Shown here: positions 52,849-63,000 of the stretch, in pieces
How the letters are laid out: every line of letters starts with the position of its first letter
Position numbering within the stretch: the first letter of the stretch is position 1
Source: Pecten maximus
Lineage: Eukaryota
DNA length: 64,000 nt
Direction of reading: 5' to 3'
Assembly: GCF_902652985.1 (NCBI RefSeq)
Contig: NC_047017.1
Span: forward strand, 11,160,001-11,224,000
Notes under the pieces: generated by a model
What the model saw: only the letters and a program-made list of their open reading frames with translations
What the model was told of the DNA's origin: nothing
The model's database searches: none
Position numbers and translations under genes: made by a program

Positions 52849-54476
52849 CTTCTGATAAATACTTGTACAGTACAGACTTACCTGATAAATACTTGTACAG
52901 TACAGACTTACCTGAACTCTCCTGATAAATATGTGTACAGTACAGACTTACCTGATAAATATGTGTACAGTATAGACTTACCTGAAGTCTCCTGATAAAT
53001 ACTTGTACAGTACAGACTTACCTGAACTCTTCTGATAAATACTTGTACAGTACAGACTTACCTGATAAATACTTGTACAGTACAGACTTATCTGATAAAT
53101 ACTTGTACAGTACAGACTTACCTGATAAATACTTGTACGGTACAGACTTACCTGATAAATACTTGTACAGTACAGACTTACCTGATAAATACTTGTACAG
53201 TACAGACTTACCTGATAAATACTTGTACAGTACAGACTTACCTGAACTCTCCTGATAAATATGTGTACAGTACAGACTTACCTGATAAATATGTGTACAG
53301 TATAGACTTACCTGAAGTCTCCTGATAAATACTTGTACAGTACAGACTTACCTGAACTCTTCTGATAAATACTTGTACAGTAAAGACTTACCTGATAAAT
53401 ACTTGTACAGTACAGACTTACCTGATAAATACTTGTATGGTACAGATTTACCTGAACTCTCCTGATAAATACTTGTACAGTACAGACTTACCTGATAAAT
53501 ACTTGTACAGTACAGACTTATCTGATAAATACTTGTACAGTACAGACTTACCTGATAAAAACTTGTACAGTACAGACTTACCTGAACTCTCCTGATAAAT
53601 ACTTGTACAGTACAGACTTACCTGATAAATATGTGTACAGTATAGACTTACCTGATAAATACTTGTACAGTACAGACTTATCTGATAATTACCTGTACAG
53701 TACAGACTTACCTGATAAATACTTGTACAGTACAGACTTACCTGAACTCTCCAGATAAATACTTGTACAGTACAGACTTACCTGAACTCTCCTGATAAAT
53801 ACTTGTACAGTACAGACTTACCTGAACTCTCCAGATAAATACTTGTACAGTACAGACTTACCTGAACTCTCCAGATAAATACTTGTACAGTACAGACTTA
53901 CCTGAACTCTCCTGATAAATACTTGTACAGTACAGACTTACCTGAAATCTCCTGATAAATACTTGTACAGTACAGACTTACCTGAACTCTCCAGATAAAT
54001 ACTTGTACAGTACAGACTTACCTGAACTCTCCTGATAAATACTTGTACAGTACAGACTTACCTGAAATCTCCTGATAAATACTTGTACAGTACAGACTTA
54101 CCTGAACTCTCCAGATAAATACTTGTACAGTACAGACTTACCTGAACTCTCCAGATAAATACGTGTACAGTACAGACTTACCTGAACTCTCCAGATAAAT
54201 ACGTGTACAGTACAGACTTACCTGAACTCTCCAGATAAATACGTGTACAGTACAGACTTACCTGAACTCTCCAGATAAATACTTGTACAGTACAGACTTA
54301 CCTGAACTCTCCAGATAAATACGTGTACAGTACAGACTTACCTGAACTCTCCTGATAAATACTTGTACAGTACAGACTTACCTGAACTCTCCTGATAAAT
54401 ACTTGTACAGTACAGACTTACCTGAACTCTCCTGATAAATACCTGTACAGTACAGACTTACCTGAACTCTCCTGAT
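52849..54476. repeat. 30/40-bp array built from the MED6 exon-6 3' end plus donor site
   Basis: Minus-strand unit [GAGAGTTCAG]GTAAGTCTGTACTGTACAAGTATTTATCAG, ~45 copies including the true donor. Confidence 0.96.
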
Positions 54477-54530
54477 CCTTGAACTCCCACCAATAACCTT
54501 TACTGGGGTGATACTTTGAGAAGGACTGGG
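54462..54530 (-). CDS. MED6: MED6 exon 6
   Basis: tatctacag|CC ... TCA G|gtaagt; AQSFSKYHPSKGYWWEFKDQESS. Confidence 0.95.
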
Positions 54531-55509
54531 CTGTAGATAAAAATTATTTGTGGTCATTTTTAACATTTGATTCCAACACAAAGGAATTTGATCAAGCACT
54601 AGTTATTCTTATTCCAAAGATCATGTCCATACTGTATAGCCATTTATTTTTGTGGGTAAATATATTCAAAATTTTCATTAAAAACAAAAGAATCAAATTT
54701 TAACAATTTCAAAGTTTGTGATCTGGTGATAACAGGATATCTTATTTTCGCAAATATTGCCCACACTGTCAATGATGACAGAAATAGTGGAAATATCACC
54801 CCCGTGAAAAAAACTAGCTATATGATATGTTCCTAGAACCATGATGGTTAATTATGAAATATCCTTGTAAAATAAATGTAACTTGTTGACACAGTACTGC
54901 ACAGTAGAAAAGTAAAATTATAAACAATGAAAATGGAATTCTGCTTAGATCTCCTATTCGTTGTGAAAAATGTTAAACGTCAGGGGTTAAACTAGGCCTA
55001 GTTTACCATCCATTAATGGTATAAGCGGTTTTTCCTTTAGTCCAAAGCAAGAAAAAAAAATCCTGAACCATAGACAATTCCTCAAAGTAGGAAAATGCAA
55101 ATGATAATATCTTACAGGTCACTTTGATTTGAGAACAGGATATTATATTTAGCATGAGAATGATTTCATGAACAGAGATTTACTGGATTTTGGGGTAGTA
55201 AAATATTCCACATTTTCAATTACATTTGTATCAAATTTGATTTTGACTACCTGAGTATCTCAATTTCAAATGATTGAAAAAAATCACATCATCAATTCAG
55301 ACGCGAACTTCAAGACATTTCATATTTACCTTTATTCATTTTTCCATAAAAATGGACCTTTGATTACCTGGCTACGTGTAAACTTTTTCAAATTAAAGTT
55401 TAACATTAATATGACCTCTGTAAGTGATCATAAATTTCATCTGGCATGCATTAAGAAAATTTCCCAAAATTTGCAATACTGAACCAAATTAAAGTGTGTA
55501 TTATCTTAC

Positions 55510-55549
55510 CTTCATCAAATGCTGATTTCAAGTTAGACAAGGTATTTAA
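55510..55549 (-). CDS. MED6: MED6 exon 5
   Basis: ttctttttcag|TTA ... GAA G|gtaaga; LNTLSNLKSAFDE. Confidence 0.93.
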
Positions 55550-55789
55550 CTGAAAAAGAAAAGTGAATACTGTTAATTAGGACTTATTTGATTAGACTGA
55601 AAAGAGAAAAGTACCCACCAAGCGCTGTGAAAAATTGGTCGAGAAAACAATATGGCAGACAAAATTCTGTCAACAGAAAGACAAGACAGACATTTACCCT
55701 TTAACCTCTCAGCCCTCGTTGTTGACAATATACCATGAAAACACAGATGTTTGTAAGTATTTTCTTTAAATACCCCCGGTACTATTAGA

Positions 55790-56542
55790 TTGTACCTTTT
55801 TGTATACATGTATACACCATAATTACACCTTAATCTGTAATGGCCTATAGATAGTGACCATGGTAACTGACCAGTCTGGAGTTGTGTACCTTTTTGTATA
55901 CATGTATATACCATAATTACACCTTAATCTGTAATGGCCTATAGATAGTGACCATGGTAACTGACCAGTCTGGAGTTGTGTACCTTTTTGTATACATGTA
56001 TACACCATAATTACACCTTAATCTGTAATGGCCTATAGATAGTGACCATGGTAACTGACCAGTCTGGAGTTGTGTACCTTTTTGTATACATGTATACACC
56101 ATAATTACACCTTAATCTGTAATGGCCTATAGATAGTGACCATGGTAACTGACCAGTCTGGAGTTGTGTACCTTTTTGTATACATGTATACACCATAATT
56201 ACACCTTAATCTGTAATGGCCTATAGATAGTGACCATGGTAACTGACCAGTCTGGAGTTGTGTACCTTTTTGTATACATGTATACACCATAATTACACCT
56301 TAATCTGTAATGGCCTATAGATAGTGACCATGGTAACTGACCAGTCTGGAGTTGTGTACCTTTTTGTATACATGTATACACCATAATTACACCTTAATCT
56401 GTAATGGCCTATAGATAGTGACCATGGTAACTGACCAGTCTGGAGTTGTGTACCTTTTTGTATACATGTATACACCATAATTACACCTTAATCTGTAATG
56501 GCCTATAGATAGTGACCATGGTAACTGACCAGTCTGGAGTTG
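55790..56542. repeat. 94-bp array built from the MED6 exon-4 3' end plus donor site (8 copies)
   Basis: CAACTCCAGACTG|GTCAGT recurs at 56530, 56436 ... 55872; copies are nearly identical. Confidence 0.96.
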
Positions 56543-56612
56543 ATGACTGAGGCGAGGTCCGGAGCTTGGTACACCACTCCAGCGATGATGTAGTAGTCCG
56601 CCAATGGCACCA
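56530..56612 (-). CDS. MED6: MED6 exon 4
   Basis: atattacag|TG ... CTG|gtcagt; [28 protein letters not shown]. Confidence 0.95.
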
Positions 56613-57126
56613 CTGTAATATGATAAGTGTATGTGGATTTTACCTCAAATGTGTGTTCCATTATTTCAAACCTAATACATTGTACATGCAATTTGATAAA
56701 AACTCCTGTTTACTTAATAAACCTATTTAATGGAGAAAGTTTCAATACAATATCAGGATTAAAACACAGAGTTTTTTTTTTTTTTAGAAATGACATTCTA
56801 TTTGCTATTCTTGAACATAGCTAATAATATTCTCAGGTTAAAACACAAAAGATGATATTGGTAGATAAGTGAGGTTAGTAATTCTTTACAGCTTTCATTA
56901 AGTGCACTCTTCCACTTTACAAGATTAACGTCAGGGTGTGCTTACCAGGTATGTTGAATATAGTGCTTCAAATCAGGAGTGGGATCATGGTAACATATAC
57001 ATTTATTTATAAAAAAATATAGATACTGTATTTGAATGTACATGGATCAACATACAACCAAATGTTATTTTGACCCAAATTATGCACAATCCCCAACAGT
57101 AAGTACTTCTATAAGTTTATACAAAC

Positions 57127-57218
57127 CATGATTTGGACCATTTCTTTCCTGTTTTCTAACGACGTACAAAATTGGTTCTTGTGTATGCAATAATATATAT
57201 TCCACGCCAACCATGTTA
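57127..57218 (-). CDS. MED6: MED6 exon 3
   Basis: tcttatttcag|T ... CAT G|gtttgt; [31 protein letters not shown]. Confidence 0.94.
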
Positions 57219-57529
57219 CTGAAATAAGAATCATAATAATTACAAGAACATCTGTGAAGGTAATTATAGAATAGACAGGGAACAGGCTACAGACTTTGGC
57301 TATAACTGGCCAGGATACACAGTCCGATTTCAGTTGTAGAAGGCAAGAAAATTTCTGATCATCCTACACATTTTTACACTTCATGCGACTAAAAGTTTTG
57401 TGATATAGAAAACACAAACAGCTGACTGATAAACACATGGAATTCGTTAGATATTCTTTAGCAATACTCAATTAGAATCAGTATACATGTACAAGAATAT
57501 GATTGTATCTGATCTTGAGAAAAACTTAC

Positions 57530-57698
57530 TTTAATTGATCAAGGCTTAATCTCTGCATTTTGATGATTTCATTGTTGCAGGTGTGGTCGTAAAAAGGGTT
57601 GCTCCTCTCGCTGAAGTAGTCCATCACATTAGAGGTGTTCAGCAGTGGGATGAATGTGCTGTCATGCCAGCTAATGCCAAGAGCACCGGCATTCAAAT
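57530..57698 (-). CDS. MED6: MED6 exon 2
   Basis: aattttacag|AT ... TTA AA|gtaagt; [42 protein letters not shown]. Confidence 0.96.
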
Positions 57699-57798
57699 CT
57701 GTAAAATTAAAATTAAACTGAGCATTAGTAATGTAAGATTTTCCAAATCTTTGCAATCATAGAAATTTCTGGTCAGTTCTTGATATACATTGTACATA

Positions 57799-58159
57799 TG
57801 TAGCGAGACTGGAATGGGTCGATCATTGACGACAAGGTAGCTCAATTGACAGAGCATCCATCTAGTGATCAGAGGTCCTGGGTTCGAACCCTGATGTGGC
57901 TGCTACAATTTCTCTTGTTACAAAATTGGCCAGCTACAGCTTGCAAACCCTTGTTGAATATTGGGAGTATACTTAACCAGGGGATAACGGTACTTGTTGT
58001 CTTTGCAGGAGAAGACATGAAAAAAAGAGGAATTTAGCAAGACTTGACTGGATCGATCATCAGCAACCAAGTAGCTCAATTGGTAGAGCATCTGTCTGTG
58101 TTCAGAGGTCCCGTTCGAACCCAGGTCTGGCTGCTACATTTTCATTTTCTCCTGCTACA
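57799..58159 (+). mobile_element. 361-bp non-autonomous LTR element (TRIM) with tRNA-like sequence inside both LTRs
   Basis: LTRs 57799-57922 and 58033-58159 (TGTAGC/TTTAGC ... TACA). The internal part starts AAATTGG and ends with purine tract GAAAAAAAGAGGAA. TSD CATA/CATA. A box GTAGCTCAATTGG and B box GGTTCGAACCC lie in the LTRs. Confidence 0.8.
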
Positions 58160-58737
58160 CATAAAATGTACAGGTACATGCACTAAGTATGTTCTCTGAC
58201 TTAAAATCCGGCAATGTATCATGGTAAAATCAAAGGCTCTAAATAGAACAAATAATGTAAGAATTTCCATTTTACCTGTCATTTCTAGTTCGTTACAAAT
58301 GGATCGCACATTTATATATATATGTAGGGGTGTCTGGTTGAATCTGCCCAGGGAAAAATATATTTTATGTGTATAACTATACTCTAGTCTATGTAGATTT
58401 ACTTTTCATATGATTCAATAATCTACATGTATGAGTAATAAATATTACGCATTAAATAAGGTTCACGAGCTTTGTCTGGTATTGTTATTTGTCGATGTAA
58501 GTTCAAATTAATACAAATTTATTTATATAAGGTAATATGAGGTACATAAAGACACTATATTTCAAAGTGATTATAATCAAGTTTGTATTCTGATTAGGAT
58601 AATAACCCTTAAGCAAACATGGCTTACGGCACGCATGGATGTGGCGCTGGGCCGTGTTGTTACAACTGAGTTGCTCACAGTCAGAGTCTCTCATTTTCAG
58701 GCCTTCATTTCTAGGTGTGATCCATTTCATATAATGA

Positions 58738-59148
58738 TGTTGTGACATGACCGGGAATCGAACCCATGCAGGATCTCCCACTTGGTAGGCGAGCATTCTA
58801 ACCATTGTGCCAAAAATCCGGACGGTAGGCTCGAGGGTCTAAAGCTGCCTAATTTTACCACATTTCTCCCCATCTTAATTTTGATGTCCTTTTCGATCTC
58901 TCTGAGATCATACCCGGTTTGACTTACGGTAGCTACCACACATCATTTCTGACGGTGATCCATTCATATAGGACAAGAACAGTCATCACCAGATGGAGCG
59001 GGAAAATCCGTTTGTCGATGACGCCATTGTTGTGGCCGGACGGAGAATCAAACCTGGGACCTCCTGCTTGGTAGGCCGGCGTTCTAACCATTGTACCAGA
59101 AGTCCGGACGTTAGGCTCGAGGGTCAAACGCTGCCTAATTTTATCACA
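58738..59148 (-). mobile_element. 411-bp non-autonomous LTR element (TRIM) with tRNA-Gly-like sequence inside both LTRs
   Basis: LTRs 59148-59028 and 58862-58738 (TGTG...CAACA). PBS-like aTGGCGTCATCGAC follows the 5' LTR; PPT AAGATGGGGAGAAA precedes the 3' LTR. TSD ATGA/ATGA. Confidence 0.85.
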
Positions 59149-59445
59149 ATGATATATTATATCATTTGTTACCAACACCTTTGATTAGCTACTGTTATAA
59201 CGGAAATGAGTTTCACACTTTTGTCCTATTTTCCGGAAAAGTAGATAAAAGTGTCAAATGCTCTTCCGATACAACAGTACAGTACTTCAACTACATTGTA
59301 GCAAGCCTACAGTAGCTAAGCTGCAACTGGTAGCTGTGCTTATAGTCTCCATATACTTGAGTAGACAATATTTATCTTCGTTTAACTTAAATATTTACCA
59401 ATGTACTACATATATTTTCAATTATATACTTATTTCAATTATTAC

Positions 59446-59455
59446 CTTTGTCCAT
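59446..59455 (-). CDS. MED6: MED6 exon 1 coding part (ATG GAC AAA G), best candidate
   Basis: ataATGG context, donor AAG|gtaata, phase 1 joins exon 2 ([14 protein letters not shown]); lies just downstream of a promoter-like motif cluster. Total CDS 729 nt / 242 aa. Confidence 0.6.
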
Positions 59456-59514
59456 TATTGTGTAAATGAGGAGAATGCCGCAGACCACTAGTCGTTTCTA
59501 TTATCTTTGTATGG

Positions 59515-59541
59515 ACGACGCCATTTTGTTTGTCACGTGAC
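59515..59541 (-). promoter_or_regulatory. MED6 promoter: YY1-type AAAATGGCG plus palindromic E-box GTCACGTGAC
   Basis: GTCACGTGAC at 59532-59541; CGCCATTTT at 59519-59527. Confidence 0.55.
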
Positions 59542-59766
59542 CAAATGTGAGGCAGGTTCGATTAGAAATTCTGACGAAAAAGATTATCTTGATATCATGT
59601 TGGGTTTCGTTTCGGAGCATATTTATACTTCATACGATTTGTGTGTTTGCAATATACATAACATTTTCATCTTTCATAGAGTGAAAATGACACATCCACA
59701 TTGAAGAAGAACACGATATAATATCGGTATGCATTACAGGGTGGTAAAACATAAAGTACATCATAG

Positions 59767-60692
59767 CAGAGACATATATACAGAGAGATTAGTAACATCG
59801 CTATTTCCCCGTACACATAGTGGCTCCCTTTATTCGTGACCACTCAAGCATATCCCTTATCGAGAGCGTCCTGTCTCCTATCAAACACACGCGAGCGCAG
59901 GTAAATCGGGCTATGCGCATGTGTGTATCGTAGTATTGGAACTTATTCGACATGTTCTGGTTAATCCGCCATTACCAAAAACCAAAACATCGTCATTTTA
60001 AATACACACAGAAAGCACATCGTTTTATTTTGGCCACTACAAAAGTTACCACATTAACCAAAAACTATCAAACTTATGGGATATAGTCTTATTGATCATG
60101 CATATTGTTGTCATTTATCCGTATTTTCGAAAATCCATTGGGTCCTATTCGACATGTCCAAGTTTGTAATTAAGCCGCCATTACGTCAGACCAAAACATC
60201 GTCAATTTTAAACGCACACAAAAAGCACATCGTTTTATTTAGGCCACTACAAAAGTTACCACATTAACCAAAAACTATCATACTTATGGAATGTGGTCTT
60301 GATTATCATGCACATTGTTGTCATTTATCCGTATTCTCGAAAACCCCATAGGGACTTTTCGAAAATTGGAGATTCCCGCCGATCTTTCCTGCGTTGTGCT
60401 TGACTTTCATACTCAAAATACAAACACTTGGACATCAAATTGTGATATATTTCATATTGATGACACTTCTGCACTTTGATATTAATAAAATTAAAGCACA
60501 TAATTGGATCTTGGTGATGATTTCAAATAGAAATTATCGATAATTATGTGTCTGGTTTTCAAGTTTTCTCCAATATGGCGTCTAGTGAAGACTAAACCGA
60601 GCGACCGCAAAGGATTGTGGGAAGGTCAGGGGCCACTATGTAAACACAAGGGCAAATAGAGAGCTGCCAATCTCTCTGTATATATGTCTCTG
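59767..60692. mobile_element. 926-bp non-autonomous TIR DNA transposon (P-superfamily-like)
   Basis: Perfect 24-bp TIR CAGAGACATATATACAGAGAGATT with imperfect subterminal extension; 7-bp TSD ATCATAG; internal ~205-bp direct duplication (59940-60345). Confidence 0.88.
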
Positions 60693-60699
60693 ATCATAG

Positions 60700-60729
60700 C
60701 AGGGACATATATCTTATTATACGTCCCTG
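60700..60729. mobile_element. 30-bp hairpin CAGGGAC...GTCCCTG (probable excision footprint)
   Basis: CAGGGACATATATCTTATTATACGTCCCTG flanked by ATCATAG on both sides. Confidence 0.8.
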
Positions 60730-60964
60730 ATCATAGTGTCTTTAACATATTTCTTATTTTCAATCGATCATAACTATTCTTTGTCAGAGATCCCAATGCA
60801 TAGCCAGGGACATTTATATCTGACCCTTGTGATCTTGAAAATAGGTGAAGGTCATTAATACGAAGAAACTGCTGCTAATGGACTTCTGAAATGAAGAAGG
60901 AAAATCCTTGAACGTTTTATAAATACTTCTCTTTTTAGTAACTCTTCAACTACGAACAACATAT

Positions 60965-60980
60965 CAGAGACATGTCTCTG
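60965..60980. mobile_element. 16-bp palindrome CAGAGACATGTCTCTG (probable excision footprint)
   Basis: Perfect 7-bp flanking direct repeat AACATAT; identical to the first and last 8-9 nt of the 926-bp element. Confidence 0.82.
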
Positions 60981-61954
60981 AACATATACAAAAATGCTCA
61001 ATGTGTAACAGAAAGGAGAAATGAAAAATACCCAGGGTCTCGAACCAGTGACCTCTCGCGGTCCGAGCTGACTTATTTTCCCACAAGAATAAAACATTTG
61101 TTGTTCCCATCATAGGGGATAGATCCCTAAAGTTTCTCTCGATACATAAAATGATAGTGTAACTGTTACAACTTAATTTTTGATTGTTCAAAAAATATAT
61201 TTAGATGGACCACAAAAGTTAAATTCAACTTGCAGATCACAGTCATTCAACATAACATCATCTGACAGGACAAAATACCTGATAAAATTATGCATGTTAA
61301 TGAAAAAGATACAAATATATTTTAAAGATCGTTTGAAAGAATAAACCTGAAAAACTGAATAACTTCGTATCACAATATTTCGCCCCAAAACTGAAATCAA
61401 TCAAGTCTAATATTTCAGATTAAGATTTTAAATCACGTGTATATACGTGTCAAACTGACTACGGGTTGCTGTACCGGGATGTTACGTGGTAAGTTTGGAT
61501 CCTCCCAACCCCCACCCATGTACATCATATATATAAAAAAAAAATGTCAATAACGATTCTAAAATTATAAATATGACTTTCTTTCTATGATGTAGTGTGG
61601 AGCCCGAACCAGGATATGCCAAAACAAAAGATTGTTTTATAATTGCGAGAGAAGTGGGGAGATTATGCCCAGCGCGACGGATCAGATACGTGTCGGTGAC
61701 TTGCCTCGGAATGTATAGCATATTTGCAAACGTTTTTTTTTTCTTTGGGGGGGGGGGGGGGGGGGGGGGGGGGGTATCTATATAATGAACACCACGTCTG
61801 AATGTGCTATATATATACACACACTAGGGGAGGTCCAAATACAGTAGTCTGTAAAAAGTTCTCAAGCCCCTGTGATACATGTATAGGAGGTTAGCATGTG
61901 TCACCTAGTGTCCAACATTATGTACCATGATGACAACCATAGTATCCTGTATCG

Positions 61955-63000
61955 ACTCCATTACGATTTCCGCAAATTAAGATCATGCAAGTGTCATCTT
62001 TAAGATTTCTTGGAAGATGTATCACAGACTGTAGATGATGGAAAGCAGAGCGATGTCCTCATCATGGACTTCTCTAAGGCGTTTGATAGAATGAATCATT
62101 CTCTACTCTGTCACAAACCTAGATACTATGTAGTAAATGATAAATTCAACATCTGAATAGAAAGTTTACTATCAGGCAGTGAACATATGTGCTTGTCAAG
62201 TGGCCAAAAAATCTGAACCCGTCAAAGTAACATCATGGGTGCCTCAAGGCTCTGTCATCGGCCCATGTCTTTTCCTTCTCTATATAAACGGCATCTCCAA
62301 AAAACATCAACTCTACTGTTTAGCTTTTTGCTGACGATGCCTTCTTGTATCTGACAGTGAGTTCGAAGTCAGATGCAGATAGCTTACTTAAAGACCTAGA
62401 CATGTTGGCACTCTGGGAACGTCGTTGGAATATGTCATGTCATCCCGATAAATGTTAATCCTATCCATCAAAACCCAGTGCAGCTCTCTCACAAGCTACA
62501 TGGAAAGGAACATAATCATGTAACATAGGCGAAATACTTCAGAGTAACTCTCCAGTCAAATCCCAACTGGGAAGCCCATATTCAACCCTGGGCTTTTCAA
62601 GAAGAAACATCAAAATAGGTTCCAAAAATGTCAAAACGCACGCATACCGGGGTACTTTTCATTGGTAAGACCAGCCTTAGAATATGCTTGTCCTATCTGG
62701 GATCTATATTTGAAAAATGACATAAACAGGATTGAAATGGTTCAACGCAGAGCTGCCCGACTAGAGACAGCTCTAGTGTTGGAGATATGATAAACATCCT
62801 GGAGTGACGCTCTTAGTAAATAGAAGAAAAGACGCAAGGCTTGCATTATTTTTCAAAATCAAGCATGACCTAATGGCCGCAAAGAAAAGTCACTCATTCC
62901 CATTCTAATTCATATCAATTTCCATCATATAGAACACACACTGGAAAATCCTCATTCTTTCCCGGGACAATCACCGTTTGGAATGCCTTATCGTCACACA
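61955..63000 (+). pseudogene. Decayed CR1-clade LINE reverse-transcriptase 3' fragment
   Basis: Interrupted frames give DVLIMDFSKAFDR, GVPQGSVIGPCLF, LFADDA, LVRPALEYACPIWD, EMVQRRAAR, SFFPGTITVWNAL, with stops and frameshifts. Confidence 0.9.

Noticed and set aside
55573-56478. Series of identical 61-aa ORFs
   Set aside because: Artefact of the 94-bp intronic array.
58276-58282. ATGACAG|gtaaaa as MED6 first coding exon
   Set aside because: Phase-compatible, but lacks the promoter motif cluster found at 59515-59541. Kept only as an alternative to 59446-59455.
57838-59100. Four tRNA-like sequences as functional tRNA genes
   Set aside because: Acceptor and anticodon stems are broken, paired copies differ from each other, and they sit inside LTR-like repeats with TSDs.
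61597-61820. Poly-Gly / poly-Pro ORFs
   Set aside because: Caused by a 28-nt G homopolymer (61747-61774) next to a T run.
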